Positions 39,632 through 53,060 of a DNA stretch of 64,000 nucleotides are shown piece after piece. Below the pieces are notes generated by a model that saw only the letters and a list, made by a program, of their open reading frames with translations, ran no database searches and was not told the origin of the DNA. The DNA comes from Nymphaea colorata. Lineage: Eukaryota. The stretch spans positions 35,092,001-35,156,000 of the forward strand of contig NC_045138.2 in NCBI RefSeq assembly GCF_008831285.2, in the 5' to 3' direction. Within the stretch, counting starts at the first letter, position 1; each line of letters opens with the position of its first letter. The position numbers and the translations under genes are program-made.

Positions 39632-41210
39632 CTGTTGAAAACCAAGTAATATGACATCCACTGACACAAAAGTATACCAGAATCTACAAGAATTTATATA
39701 TGTTAGAAAAAAGTAGCAAAAATGTTGTGATATATAGCATGTCATACTCACATTTTAGTATAAGGAAGATCTTTGCACGTTGTCAACATATGATATTTTT
39801 AGGCAAAATATACTCTCTCTCTCTCTCTCACGTGTCTCAACAATTTTGGAGGTGACTGTATGAATCCATGTTGGAACCAGGTTGCTACTCAAAGTATCGT
39901 GTGTCAAGCAACAATTCCTGACAGTTAGAATTCTTTGTATTGCATAGAAGGGAAAAACAGGATAAAATATCGCTTGAAAAAATTCAAGGGATTCAATAAC
40001 TAACTGGTGATTCAGTCTCACTTTTCCAGCTCTTGGTTGTAACTGCTGACCCTTGAGATCTGGACGAGAGAGAGAGAGTTAAATGTGGCATATTTGGCTG
40101 CTACGACTTTGATGTACTTTACCACATGCAATCGTCTAGTTTGAGGCCACATAAATGCTGAATAGAATTGGTAGTTGGTACTAATCGCCCAATCTTGGCA
40201 ACTCACCCTAATCAATGACCTCCTTCTGGTCCCCCATAGTGTAGAACTTCATGTCCTAATCTCATGAATAATTAGTTCTTTCAAAAGTTTCCCACAGGCA
40301 GCAAATTACCAAATAATCCTGATGCAACCTTCATATACCAAATCACTCTAGGGCTATAAAACTTTGATTTGGGACACATTCAACTGCATGACAAACTCAC
40401 TGCATAAAAAAACCTCTGGAATATCAAATAGCCACATGTTACATGATTGCAAATTAACCAACTATGAAACACCAATAGGTGAAAATAACGTCAATTAATC
40501 AAGTAAAACAGCAAAGTCCATATATTATCAATTTTTACACATACATGGAATACTCACTGCATAAGAAACACCTCTGGAAGATCAAACGGTCACATGTTGC
40601 ACGATTGCAAATCAACCAACTGTATTTCAGCACACTATCTATGGCAGCATTCTGTTTAGAGACAAAAACAAATCGAGATGCTTAGATCAGTCTATACTTG
40701 CCACAACTAATAGAAAAATAGTGTGAGCAAGAAGTGGTTACAAATAAAAATTATAACAGAGAATGACTTTTGTAAGTCTAACAAATTATTAACCACCCAT
40801 AGCATGCACAAAAAGGAAAAAAAACATGCAACTGCTCATATATTCGCTTACAGCTTATGCTTCCTGTATAGGCCCCATGATGGCATCCTCCCTTGGGCCT
40901 CAACTCAAAGTGAATATTTGGCATGAATGCAATTGCATATACAGCAAGTGCTCGTGCATGTAGACATTAACTAACCATGCAAGTGTTCACTTGTTTGTTC
41001 AAATTGAATACATGTCAATATCAAGTGTCTAAAAAATTAAGGAGATTGAACTTGTTCCTAAAATTGGATTAGGGATTTTAAAGCATGGAAAGAAAAGAAT
41101 GAACATTATGATCATGATTATCAGCATGATGATGTTTATAAGCGATTAGAATGGTCCGCAACACTGAAACCAAGAACATGGGCTGATCAATTATTCTATA
41201 CGTAGAAGAA

Positions 41211-41247
<37 letters not shown>

Positions 41248-42049
41248 TTTGAAATCCAGATGCAATACTTAAGGTCTCCTAGGTTATGTACATTCATCTT
41301 TTTGTAACCAGGATCCTTTCTACTTGCAAACAGAACATTTGCCACAATCATTTCAAGTAAAAGTTACTGCATATGCACATATGAGCATAGTTCTGTATAA
41401 AACAATAGTTCGTTAATACAAAGTGGATAACTCATTACAGATTCCTTATCATGAAGTCACTCGTTATAGATTCTTCATCATGTAGATGCGTTGGTTAGGC
41501 ATGAAGAAAGGAAGGCAGTGTCTAAGACTCTAAAGTAGCCAGGGACAAGCTATATTATATGAGACTATAACATTTGTAGGCTGCAAAGGACATTTGCAGG
41601 TTTAGCAATCCTGCAAAGGCGCATCACAATGCCTACAGAACTATCACAGTCGAAGTATGATATGCTCAGGAATTTAAGCAAAAGTAGCCTGTATCCTTCC
41701 AGGAATTTAAGCAAAAGCAACAGCTTTGATAAAAGAATACTTTGAGCAAGTAATCCAAAGCATGATAAGAAAGTACTAATCATGTATGTGAGACTGCTGA
41801 AACATCATTGATGCTTTTAGAAGCATGACGTAAGATTTACGGGATAAACAACATTACTCATTAATATGTCATGAAAAGAAAACCTATGTGCTTACAGTGG
41901 TAAATTAAGATTAACTTGCTCAGGATGATAATGCACATTTTAGAGAGGTGGTTCGGTTGCTCATGTATAGAAAGATCTCAAATGTGCTGTCTCAGCACAA
42001 GAGAAATAGTTCTTAGGGTACCTGAAAACACATGTAATCGACCATTAAA

Positions 42050-42177
42050 AGTGCAATGAGACTGTCGCTAAAAATATCACAAAACATTTCTATATCATAA
42101 ACCATCGCTAATGCTCTGTGGCTAAAGGTTTTTAGCACTGCATTTTAAAATTTCAACCATGGCAACATTCGGCAGCT

Positions 42178-42211
<34 letters not shown>

Positions 42212-42513
42212 AGGATTCACATTTGTGTATATGAGATATTGCCGGATGGCTAAAAGTGAAAAAACTATTGTCCAAAGCACTATAAACCATTGCTAAAGGT
42301 ACCATGAAACCATTATTGCACCATAAACCAGTTGATATTGTTTTTTAGCAAAAGATTTTAAGTTTTAATCATTCGGCAACATCCAGTAAATTTGAATTGA
42401 GGATTCAATTTGGATGCCGAATGGTTAAAAATTTAAATTAGTCACCCAAATTAAAGTACTAAAAACCATTGCTAAAAGCACACCATAAACTGTCTTCTAA
42501 TGATTTTGTAGTG
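42050..42513. mobile_element. CACTA (En/Spm)-like non-autonomous remnant
   Basis: Right end TTTTGTAGTG (reverse complement CACTACAAAA) at 42504-42513, with repeated subterminal AAACCATYGCTAA motifs. The left TIR is not clear. Confidence 0.45.
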
Positions 42514-45500
42514 AATGTCCTTTTAATGAAAAAAAAAAATTATTTTTGCCATCTGACGGCATCTGACCTCTCGCTGTGTGTCTAGTATATATATATATAT
42601 ATGAAGCTGGACATCCTTCTTTTCTAGTGCATATGGAGTATTTTTCAGAGATTGCCTTGTTCTTTTCCTTCCTTACTCCCTGTCCCTCTTCTCTGCCCTT
42701 CCCTTTGCTTCATGGTTGCGGTCAACTAAATGCGAAGCGGAACACTTAGCCCAACACCCGTTGTTGTTGGCCCAACACAATACCATTGCCATCGCTCCAA
42801 CATCAGGGGAAGATTTGGGGATCTCTTCTCATTGCCCTCGGCCAACAGCATATAGTGTCGGTTTTCCAACCCAGGTTCTTTCTCACCTGCTCATAGTAGC
42901 AAGTTTGCTCCAATTGACTTTTGGGTCGATCCCTCCTAGGCTCTTAGCATTGGTCTTTCTTTTCGCAATTCAAGGTAAGCCATGAAAAGTTGAAGTTCAT
43001 GAATTTTCTAGGATGTAGATTGCTTTTCAGGACAAGTGCTCTTTGGATCGTCTTTTCTTCAAGGCCAAAATCAGAACGGGACGTACCAAATTATAAAATT
43101 TAAAAAAAAAAACTGATATTTATAACTTCTTTATAATAGTAGGTTTTAATAATGTAAAAGGTTATAACTGATGTTCTCAAATCTCATATACTCAAGATGT
43201 TTCATTCACCCATAGAATGCAAGGCATGATTAGTCAGACTCCAAGAAGGTGAATTACCTGATCGTCTTTCGCTTTCACTTTCTCCAGCATGCATAAACGC
43301 ACGCCAGATCTCAGTCGTTTGAGCATTTCGCGGAGGTCTTCATACTGCCATAAGATGAAACTAGCGGTAAGTGTATTTATTTTCCTCCTGTTTAAATTGA
43401 GACGGCATTAAATGTTGTGTCCTAAGACATTCCGTCCAAAAATAAACAAACGCGTCCTTGGAATTCGGAACTCAAGAACTGACCTTGAGCAATGCGTGTG
43501 TCTGAAGCAGGCGACAAACGGAGAGGCCTCCTCAACTAAAAGAAAAAATGGGCAGCCATCTGATTGAAAGGAACAAAATGCCCTGAAGAAGGGATGGTTG
43601 CTTTGGATGAAATTAATGTCAATCAGTGATGAATCTCATCGATTCAATTGACAAATTACGCACTTTTAATTTCGACGGTCTAGATGTGGAACTACATCTT
43701 TCGTTGGAATAATCCGGCAGAAGATGCTTTACTGGGAAAGTGATTACAAAAAACAAAAGTTTTTCAGAAAAGAGAACTTTTCTCTTTTTGTGACTTTTCA
43801 GTGGTTTTGCCAAGATTCCTAAACATGGCATAGATATTAAAAAACTGAATGCAGGTGAGATCTGGAGAGCTACTCGAAGCAAAGGAGAGACTCACTGCTG
43901 CAATAAGGTAACTGGAGCAGCCAGACTGCTCAAGCTAATTGGCTTTTGTATATGGATAAGCGCAGGAGTCCAATTTTGTGTATTATAGTCAAATAGAAAG
44001 CAGCAATGAATGTGTGGAATTGGATGGCGAGGAGGCATGGAAGAACTCCTTTCCAGCCAATCAATTTTGTAAGGTGATTAGGGTAGGTGCTTAGATAGCT
44101 CTTGCTTAAATGGGAGAAGGCACACTGGTCTGGTCAGAATGTGGGAACACACAGGTATGGTTTGTGAAGAGCAAGAAAATGAAAGATCTCCCATTCACTT
44201 AATTCACATTGCAGACAGAATGGTGAAGAACAAGAGTGGTTTTTGCGTTTCTGAAACCTGAGAAAAATCTTTAATGGTCGCTGAGAATGGGATTGACATG
44301 ACTATGAGGAAATAAGCTTGGCAGAATGGGGACTGTCTCTGCCTGGAGACAAAGGCACGCCGATCTTCATCTATGCATCCAATAAGAGCCGGAAAAGAGG
44401 TTGCTGGGGCCTCATAACATGGTAGAGGGAGTGGCCAGAGCAATGGAGGAGGACTGAAGCATCAAAGGAGAGAGTAGAGATGGCTTTGAGTAATATTTCT
44501 GTTACTGGGGGTAAACCTGGTCAGTATGGGGCTTATGCGACAAGGTAGTTTTGGGTATGGTTTTTTCTCTTTTGATCCGTAGATTCTCTAACTGGGGATC
44601 TGTTTTTGTGTGGCTGTGTGAGTCTGTAGCAGCTATGTTTTAGCTGCTGGATTTTTATTCTTTTCAGCATGCTATGCATTCGCTATTTTTTTTTTTTTTG
44701 CATGTATCCATTTTTTGCCAAAAGAGATCGGAAGCCTACCATCCAGCATATCCTTTACTGGCAAGGAGAAAAAGCAAACGACCGAAAAAGAGAGAGGACA
44801 CAGGGTGACCTTCACGCACGTCTGCAGGTTTCACTCCTTTCTGAGAAGGCAAGCCTCTTCTTCCGCTTCAAAATAATGGGGTTCTAAGCAGAACTCCCAA
44901 TCGCAGAGCCCTTGTTCTGTACTAAAGAGGGAGAACTGAGAAGGAAAGTCAGCGTGATTTCAAGAGTCCAACCAAAGGTTGACCATGCAGGCCCTACGGG
45001 TTGGATCACTGCTTTCACTACACAAAACAACGTTGTAATACCTGTGCTTTGGCACCTGAATCTAAAATAGCCTGGAATGAGGGCAAGGCTATGCCACAGA
45101 ATTACCAACATAGAAGAAGCGAACAAAGAGGGATAAGCAAACAGACATTTCTTCAGTGATTAAGTTCTAGACACAATTAGGAACAAGTATTCCTTTATGG
45201 AGACCAACATACATAAGATACCAAAAGATCAAGTCGCGTGTCCCACTTACTGATATCAGCGGTCAGAGTAGTACACGGTTTCAGACCATTTACATGCAAA
45301 ACACCTTTATCAGAACTTGAGCTAACAGCAATAGCATCGCTCTCTTTTTCCCGCAAAAAACTTCTCACCCGCCCAGCCCTCACACACAGCCAGAATGCTC
45401 CTCTACTATGTACAGAACACCACCGTTCGGTGGTCAACTTTAAAAGCTGCCCTGTCAGGTCACTTGGCAGCTATAGTGCGTTTAAACCCTCCAGTGCTAG

Positions 45501-45663
45501 ACCTCCATCAAGTTCCAAACCACACACCTCCACTGGCGGACAAGAAACTGCTATCCCGATGAGAGAGCGCATCACAAATTCGCTGGTAAATCCATGAAGC
45601 AGCAGAATCCTTTATGGATGGAAGCAATCTTTTTCATGAAACAGAACTGAAGATGCTAATGGA

Positions 45664-48082
45664 TTAGGTGCTCTCCTGAAATGTTTGTGACCGGGATAAT
45701 GCAGCAGGATTAGCGTGCAAGACTGGTGAATCATCCGGGGTGTTCTCCTTGGTTTCCGTTTTGAGTTGAAACGCTTTCACAAGTCCACCCTTTGTAGCAC
45801 CTTCACCGCATTCATGTTTGATACCTAGGGTAGCCCAAATAGAGCTTTTAGCAGCCTCATCTGGATCATCAATTCTGAGCGTCTTCGGTACCCATAGACA
45901 CCTCTCCGGCTTGTCTTCAGTCTGCAGGTTTCTATCCCTAGAATGCTTCCCTAGGGTTGGAGAACTACTTTCTGAACAGCTGCTGTTACTGGTAGATGAA
46001 GTAGTTGATAAACAAAGAGCAGAACCCATCCATGGCATACTCCATGCTCCACCAGCCCAGCCAGGCATACAGCCCCAATATGATGCTGGAACAAATGGAA
46101 ATGGAACGGCAGGTGCACAGAAAGCAGGGGCAGCAACTATCGGAGGTGGGCGCCATTGAATTGAACTAGGACTGCTGTTTTCTGGACCACAATACAATTT
46201 TGAAGTGCAATGCGCAGATTGTACAGGAGCAATGGCATTCCATCCGGGGTTCCAAGGATATGGCCATGAAGCACCAGCAAAGCATTGAATGAGTGGAGTC
46301 GGACGTTTACAATCACTTGAGTTGCCCCCTTGTTCCATATTAAGCATGCTCTCTTGCAACTCGTTTGCCTTGCTAGTTGGAGCTGTCACCGAGCCGCATG
46401 ATAACTCCTCTACATTTTCACCACATGCAGCAGAGTGCACCTCAACATTCCTTTTAGCTGTCATAGCCGGCTCCCCTAAGTTTAGCACTGTTGTCATGGA
46501 TTCACAAAGTGGTGCTTCAGACCCAAACTTAAGAACAGTGCCGTTGCTCTTCAATGCCCTTGCTGGTGGTGAAAGACCACAAGAGATAACTTGAGGATGA
46601 GTGGCAGCTGCTGTGTCTACCCTGGCAGTGGCCATGCCTTCAGACAACATTACATGCCGATAATGTGATGCAGAGTGTTTATTCTTGCGCCTACCAGCAC
46701 CAATAGGCACATTTCTCATTGTCCCACCTGCTGTCCAGTACCTTTGGCAATTCTTACAGAAGTGCCTCGGTTGATTAACATTGTAATTGTTGTAATAACA
46801 GAACTTGGTGTCTAGACTGTTGCAGCGTGGACAAGGGAGAACCTTGTCTGGTTTCTTCAACGCTTTCTCGTTTCCAGATTCAGTTTCATTATGATCTTCC
46901 TCGGCTGCTTTTGCTGACTTGAAATTGATAGATGCTTTATCACACTCAGGATTTGCATCACTTGGCGCCCTCACTTCTTCCCTGCGATCATTCAAACAAG
47001 AGGAAGAGGCACCAGGCTTACACGCTTCTTCCAGGCAAGCTACTGTTGGGTCATCAAGTTTAGCTTCTCTGCAAGCATCCTGAGAATTGGAAGAAAAATC
47101 CGAGTGTTCAGAATGAAAGATTATTGATCAGCATGCGCGGATGCATACACACACACACAGAGACCAACAGTTTACTCACAATCTACACCATCTGCTTTCA
47201 CAAAATATCTCTCTGGATCCTCCGACATTTAGCCAGACAATATATCAATTCTTCTTGCGCAGCCAACTGTGATGGTATAAATGCAAGAAGAATATGATTC
47301 ATGCAGTAACAGCAGTGCTGTGAAATTCTCGACATGCAGATGCAGAAATCTTTGTATAATTCTATTGGGGTACAACAAACCATACTGGTAGAGTCCAACT
47401 CCTAACATGAAACCGTAAGAGTCATCAGGAAGAAAAGAAATTTGGACCTAAAGATGGATGAAATAGATTATAAACTCTTTTCTCTGGAGAGGGGAAAAGA
47501 GAAAAGCAATGGGCTGAAGCTGGGGCAACGACAAAGGGGTCGAAGGCTAAAAAAATCTAACTTCACGCACAAGAACAAGAAAAAGGGCAGATCGATGTGT
47601 ATCTAAGACAAGACCCAGATGCTTGAAACATCGGTGTGAAAGATAGGACTCGTATGTCATCCGAATTAAGGGAAACAAGGGGGGGAAATGGACGACTAAA
47701 CAGAGGAATGAAATTGAATCTAGGTCATCGCAGTTTGGACAACCAACCGTACCACTCTTTTCTTTTTGTGGCACAAACAGAGAAACTTCTCTCAGGGTTT
47801 CCAACTCTGCAGAAACCATAGAGAGGTGTAGCAGAATGAGGATTACCGATGCTCCACTGAATACCACCAAGTCTCTGTCTATCTCCAGATTAAACAAAGA
47901 ACAAGAGAGAGAGAGAGAGAGAGTACCTCATCGTGTGTGGGTGGGGAGGATGGAGGTGGCGTGGGAGAAGCTACGTCGGAGGCGTGGTCGGCGGTGAAGG
48001 AATCGGCTGCCTTGGCCTCCTGCACCGGGATGGTCTTTCCGAAAAGCTTGATGGCCGGATCCCTGCTGCTATCAGAAGACAT
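45664..48082 (-). CDS. CDF: CYCLING DOF FACTOR (CDF-type Dof zinc-finger transcription factor); exons 48082-47927 and 47079-45664; ~523 aa
   Basis: N-terminal [11 protein letters not shown] (TOPLESS-binding motif); Dof domain [38 protein letters not shown]-terminal motifs [33 protein letters not shown] and [14 protein letters not shown]. Phase-0 GT-AG intron; 156+1416 nt in frame. Confidence 0.95.
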
Positions 48083-48088
48083 ATCCCC

Positions 48089-48205
48089 TTATCCTTCCCC
48101 CAATTCTGACGCGTCGATCGAAGCTGGGCAACGGTGGGGATCACGCCTCAGCACGAGGAGGTGCAGAGTAGTTCGTCGTTGCAGCCGTTTCTCGTCAGGG
48201 CGCAT
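48089..48205 (-). other. Upstream ORF (38 aa) in the probable CDF 5' leader
   Basis: ATG at 48205 reads MRPDEKRLQRRTTLHLLVLRRDPHRCPASIDASELGEG*; the stop lies 6 nt before, and in frame with, the CDF ATG. Confidence 0.6.
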
Positions 48206-48559
48206 ATCCGGCGATGTCGTTCGCCGTCGTCTCCTCTCGTCTTCCCTGTGCTTGCTTCTCTAGCGCCTCCTCCTCCTCCTCCTCCTTTTTCTTCCTCTCT
48301 TCTTTGGCGCCGAGCAGAAAACAGAGAAAAGGCAAAAGGGCGGAACTGAAAAGGCGACCTTCTCCTTCCCACGAATCAAAAACAAAAACAAAAACAAAAA
48401 CAAAAGAACGGGGGTGGGGAGGAGGGAGAAAAGGAGGAGTAAAAGGAAGCAAAAGTGGATGAAAAGGGGCAAAAAGGAAGAAGGACTCGGTTGAGGTGGG
48501 AGCACCTCCACTCGGCTGGGCTGGGTAGGGTAGGCCAAAAGGTGAACGGCGTTAAGTTA

Positions 48560-48765
48560 ACTCCCGGGGCGGGGCGGGGCGGGAACCACAAACAACTCCG
48601 GTTCGACGCCTCTCTCTCTCTCTCTCCTTTTCATTGGCTAACCAGCTGACTGAAGGGCGTGTGTCCAGCGTGGCAGCCCAGTCAGCAAACCCCCTTCCTT
48701 CCTCCCAGCTTCGAACGTGGGCCACCCATTCTAATGTCTCTGGATTAAATTTCCCACGTCAGCAA
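48560..48765 (-). promoter_or_regulatory. Putative CDF proximal promoter (GC-box repeats, CCAAT, ACGT-core elements)
   Basis: GGGGCGGGGCGGGGCGGG ~48566-48583; CCAAT on the minus strand ~48633-48637; AACGTGG ~48714; CCACGTCA ~48754; pyrimidine-rich leader downstream. Confidence 0.4.
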
Positions 48766-51700
48766 ACGCAGGTGAAGGCTCACCTTTTCTTTGAGCCTCC
48801 ACCACGCAGAAGGCCCCGCCACAAAAAAAAAAAAAAAAAAAAATCCACGCTCTTTCCCCTTCTCTCTCTCTTTTTCTCTTTCCCGTACTTGAGAAAAAGG
48901 AATGCGATCCGTAACGAGCAAAGGAAACTCGGAGATCTCAACACGTAAAAGAAAACGCAAAAGGAAAAAGGCAAAAAAAAAAAAAAGGAATAAAAAGAAA
49001 AGCAAAAGAAAAGGCAGAGCTTTGCCACCCCACCACATACTTTTTGTGAAATAGTTCCTCCCTTACATATGGGGTGTATTATTAAATATTTCTTGGTGTA
49101 CACCCTCCCTCATTTAATATAATCGCGTCTCTCTTCCAAAACAGCCTTTTGTTGGACCTACGCAGGTGTAAGTAAAGAGGAACGAGGTTATCTGTTTTAT
49201 CCAGAGCGGAAGGGAAGGGAAGGGCGAACAAAGCAAGAAGAGATGCTTCTGCTATTCATCACACCCTCATCGCCTTCGTGGAAGGCATCTCTCTCTCTCG
49301 ATATATGTATATAGATGTGATTTCAATGGTGAGATAAAGATGACGTTCCAAATGATGGTCTTGTACTAGTACACGAAAGGGAGGTGGCGAAATCTAACGC
49401 CCACCTGATGACAGGTCCCTCTGCCTCTACCTGTCCATCAAGCTCAGCAGTTAACTAAGCTCCCTGGGGCCGAGTGATGAATCAATACATCCTTCGCTCT
49501 CCTCCAACAACACTTCTAGTTATGGGGGTCGTTGATTAATTGGCATACTGGAAGTACGGGTAGCTACTTCCTCAGTCTGTGTCTTGTTAGAACAAGCTCA
49601 GCCACCCTGTCAAACACCAACACGGACGCACGCGAACGCTTGAAGCTGCGCTTTGGACTCGCATATTCTTAAAACCCAAACTCTCAAAACGTAGATGGAA
49701 AACGGAAGACCCAAGACGAGTTCAGCGGCCAATGAAAAGATACCGCCAAAGATCAGAAAAGGAAATATAATTTTGTAAAGCAAGAAGTAAAGGCGAAACG
49801 AAAAAGGTTCGTTTCGTATAAAAGTAATCGATCAATCAATCAATGGATCGGCTTTCTTCTTTGGAGAGAGACGGTAAAGAAGGCGGTAGCTGCTGGCCCA
49901 CCAACCCCTTTCTTTTTTCCCTGCCATGCATCACACGTCATCTTCCCTGCCATGTCATCTTCCTTTCCCATATTATATTATTCCTTTCTTGTGGTCCCCT
50001 CCGAAACCAAGACGACAAAAAGAAGTAAAAAAGAAAATAAAGAGAGTGAGCGGAAAGGTACCACTACTCGTGCCCGTCGCTCCCTCTCGTCCCCTCGACT
50101 GTTTCTCGATTTTTAATCCTGTGGGAAACGCGTTTCCCACTCTTATTCAAGCCCATCCATACGTACGTACGTACGCGTGTCTTTTGCTCACATCCAATCC
50201 AAACCGCTGCTGTTCCGTCCCATCCCCATTTCCCAGTCTTTGGAACGGAAGAAAGACATTGGAACAGATAAATGATTAATGTTATAACCAGAAAATTAAG
50301 GCTCTCAATTCTCTCGCCCAATTTTCCTTCTGGGGAAGGAATTTTTTGAGCAAAAGACAACTTCGCTTTCGCATCTTTCCGCCCTCCCACCTCCGAACAT
50401 CTTTTGGCCTTTTTTTCTTCTTCTTTTTTAGCAGTGCAGCACGTCATTTCTTTATCCGGGAAGCTGTTGCCCCCGCCAGGACTTTCTCGCAAGCAAGTTG
50501 GGCCAGAATAATAAAAAAGAAAATGTGAAACCAATTACAAACAAACACCAAATGATGTTGACTGTTGACTTTTTCAACCCTTCCCCAAGGGCAGCATGTG
50601 CATCTTCCTTCTCCCGACGGAAAAGCGGAGATTTCAGGGAATACCCAAGGAGATCCTTGTCTTTTGAAGGAGACCAACTCTAGGGCCGGCAGATGGGCTT
50701 TGCCTCGGCAACCACTGCCCACATTAAGGATGTTAGATTTTATTGAATTACAAAGAGTTTAGACCCCAGTAGACAGATTGGCTAAATTTTAAAAAACAAA
50801 ACAATTTATAAACAAATGCGTATTTGATACGTAATTTGGCACTTGAGTCTGAATTCATTCAGAATGTAAAACCTGCATGATTGCGTCTGTTCAAATCACT
50901 TTTAGCAATTATAAAAATCATAGCGTCCACATCTAATAGCATGCCTATGTTCAGCTTGAGCTCCATGTTTTTACATCGATTTGTTGAGCAAGAGGGGACT
51001 AACTCTCTTTTTAAGTGGCGTACAGAAGGTCTAAGGGACCGACCTGCGACCAGCAAAATCGGAGCTCTTCTCAATCACGTGCTACTTGACCCACCATCTT
51101 TCTTACTTTCCTCTCAACTGTCGGGAAGGAGGAGCCCCCACAATGTCCTTTTTCCCATTTCCTCCATACCTTTTTCCCAAGATGTTGAATGAATATGCAT
51201 TTGGCTGTTTGGCAATAATTCTCTTCCGTAATTGCTAACCAAAAAAAAAAAAAAAACTAATCAAGGGTCCCTCTCTATCTCTCTCTCTCTCTCTAGCTAG
51301 GGACCGTTTAATTCGCCGATGAAACACTGTAGAATAAGCGAAACGGTACGGATATGGCATGAAGTTGCACTCTCGTGATAGAGGAACCAGTGCATTTGCA
51401 TCCGCCTTAGTAGCAGCGACGCCATTGCCTTCCCCGGAGCAGCCGCCAGTTCGACCGTAAATCGTCTGGCACGTAAGGCATCTCCCTCCATCTCCAAATC
51501 GTGCAGCTCTTTCTCTCTGTCTCAGACTCTCTCTCCTTTGTGTGCCATTGTTGAGGTGGGTTGAGCAATGAACCAGCGCTCGATGCGATGGAAGTGAGGA
51601 AGAAGGAGAGGTTATGGTGGCGGGAAAAAATGTGGAATTGGGGAAACAGTACAGGAAAGGTTGATGGGCGGGAAGACTAGGAGAAATAGAAGATCAGCAG

Positions 51701-52355
51701 AAGAAGGGGAATGTGACGGAGGAAGGGAGAAGAAGAATACCAACAATCAGGAGAAGAGAAAGAAATGCCGAATAAGGGGAAATGAACAAGAGAACTAACA
51801 CCCTATTTGGATGGAGGGAAAAGGATGAAAATGATAGAATCTCTTTTGTTTGGATGGCAACTTAAAAAGGAGGAAAATGAAAGGATAAAGTAAAATGGTG
51901 TTTGGATGCAAAAGAAAGAAAAGTGAAAGGAAAGGAGAAACCAATCCCCTTGAAAATAAAGAGATCGGAAGGGAAAGATGTATTTGCTCTTTATGCAGCC
52001 TCCCTCAACAACGATCATGCAGGGGTATCTTTCTCTCCCTTTTTCTCTCTCTTTGTAGGCTGGAGAAACTCAAGGGAGGGTCTAGTCCCCCTTGGCCATC
52101 TCCTCTGCTCTGTTGCGCCATCAGGGGATACCAATGGCAGCAAAGCAGGGGAAGAGGCCAAGTCTCTCTGTTGCCATCGACAGGGGAGAAGGTCGAACCC
52201 TCCCCTTGCTCTGGAGAGGATCGGCCCCTCCCTCGCCTCTGCTGCCATCAGCAACAGACGATTGGTCTGCTGCCGACGGCAGAAAAGCTGGGGGAGGGGT
52301 CAGTCCTCTCCACTACTCTCGACATATGAAGACGCTGTCCACTGTTGGCAGCGTC

Positions 52356-52763
52356 TCACTCTTCTTTGTTCATTATTTTTTTCTGTTCATTGTACCAGTT
52401 GCATCTCAGCGTGTCAGGGGGGATGGTATGGCTGCCATCTCAGTGTGTTACGTGCCAACATACCAATAAAAATAATTCTTATGTTTCAAAAGGCCAATGG
52501 CAGCAAATAAGACATTAGTTTTCTCAATTTTTAATACAACCTGCTAAGCATTTATCTCTTCTTTGTTCATTATTTTTTCTGTTCATTGTATCAGTTGCAT
52601 CTCAGCGTGTCAGGGGAGATGGTATGGGCCGTATGGCTGCCATCTCAGTGTGTTACGTGCCAACATACCAATAAAAATAATTCTTATGTTTCAAAAGGCC
52701 AATAGCAGTAAGTAAGACATTACTTTTCTCAATTTTTAATACAACATGCTAAGCATTTATCTC
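52356..52763. repeat. ~200-bp tandem duplication inside the Harbinger element
   Basis: ttctttgttcattattttttctgttcattgta...gctaagcatttatctct occurs twice. Confidence 0.9.
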
Positions 52764-52809
52764 TGCTTTAGGTATTTCTCTCCAAGTTCTTTAGATGATC
52801 ACTGCTGCT

Positions 52810-53060
52810 TGAAGCATCATTGACAAAATTCAAAAGAAATTGCAAATTTGAAAGAAAGGTTGCTAATGGTGCTAGGGTCACCCTCATAAGGCATGTTCTT
52901 TCTTCCTGCCGCCACAAGTCTTCATATTTGTATGCCTTCTAAGATAGTCAAATTGAAATAATCTCCTAAATATTGTTATAACATGACAAGAATGACAAGT
53001 GTAAGCGCCATGTGGTGAAACACTAAGCTGTTATCAAACCTGTAACTCAAGGCGGTCTCA
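52810..53060 (+). mobile_element. LINE ORF2 fragment (post-RT region) inside the Harbinger element
   Basis: IIDKIQKKLQI..RVTLIRHVLSS..HVVKH*AVIKPVTQGGL resembles L1 KIxxKLxxWK..GRxTLIxSVLSS..HxVxWxxVxxPxxxGGLG. Confidence 0.6.

Noticed and set aside
47202..47210. Evening element AAAATATCT in the CDF intron
   Set aside because: A single 9-mer in AT-rich DNA is not distinguishable from chance without conservation data.
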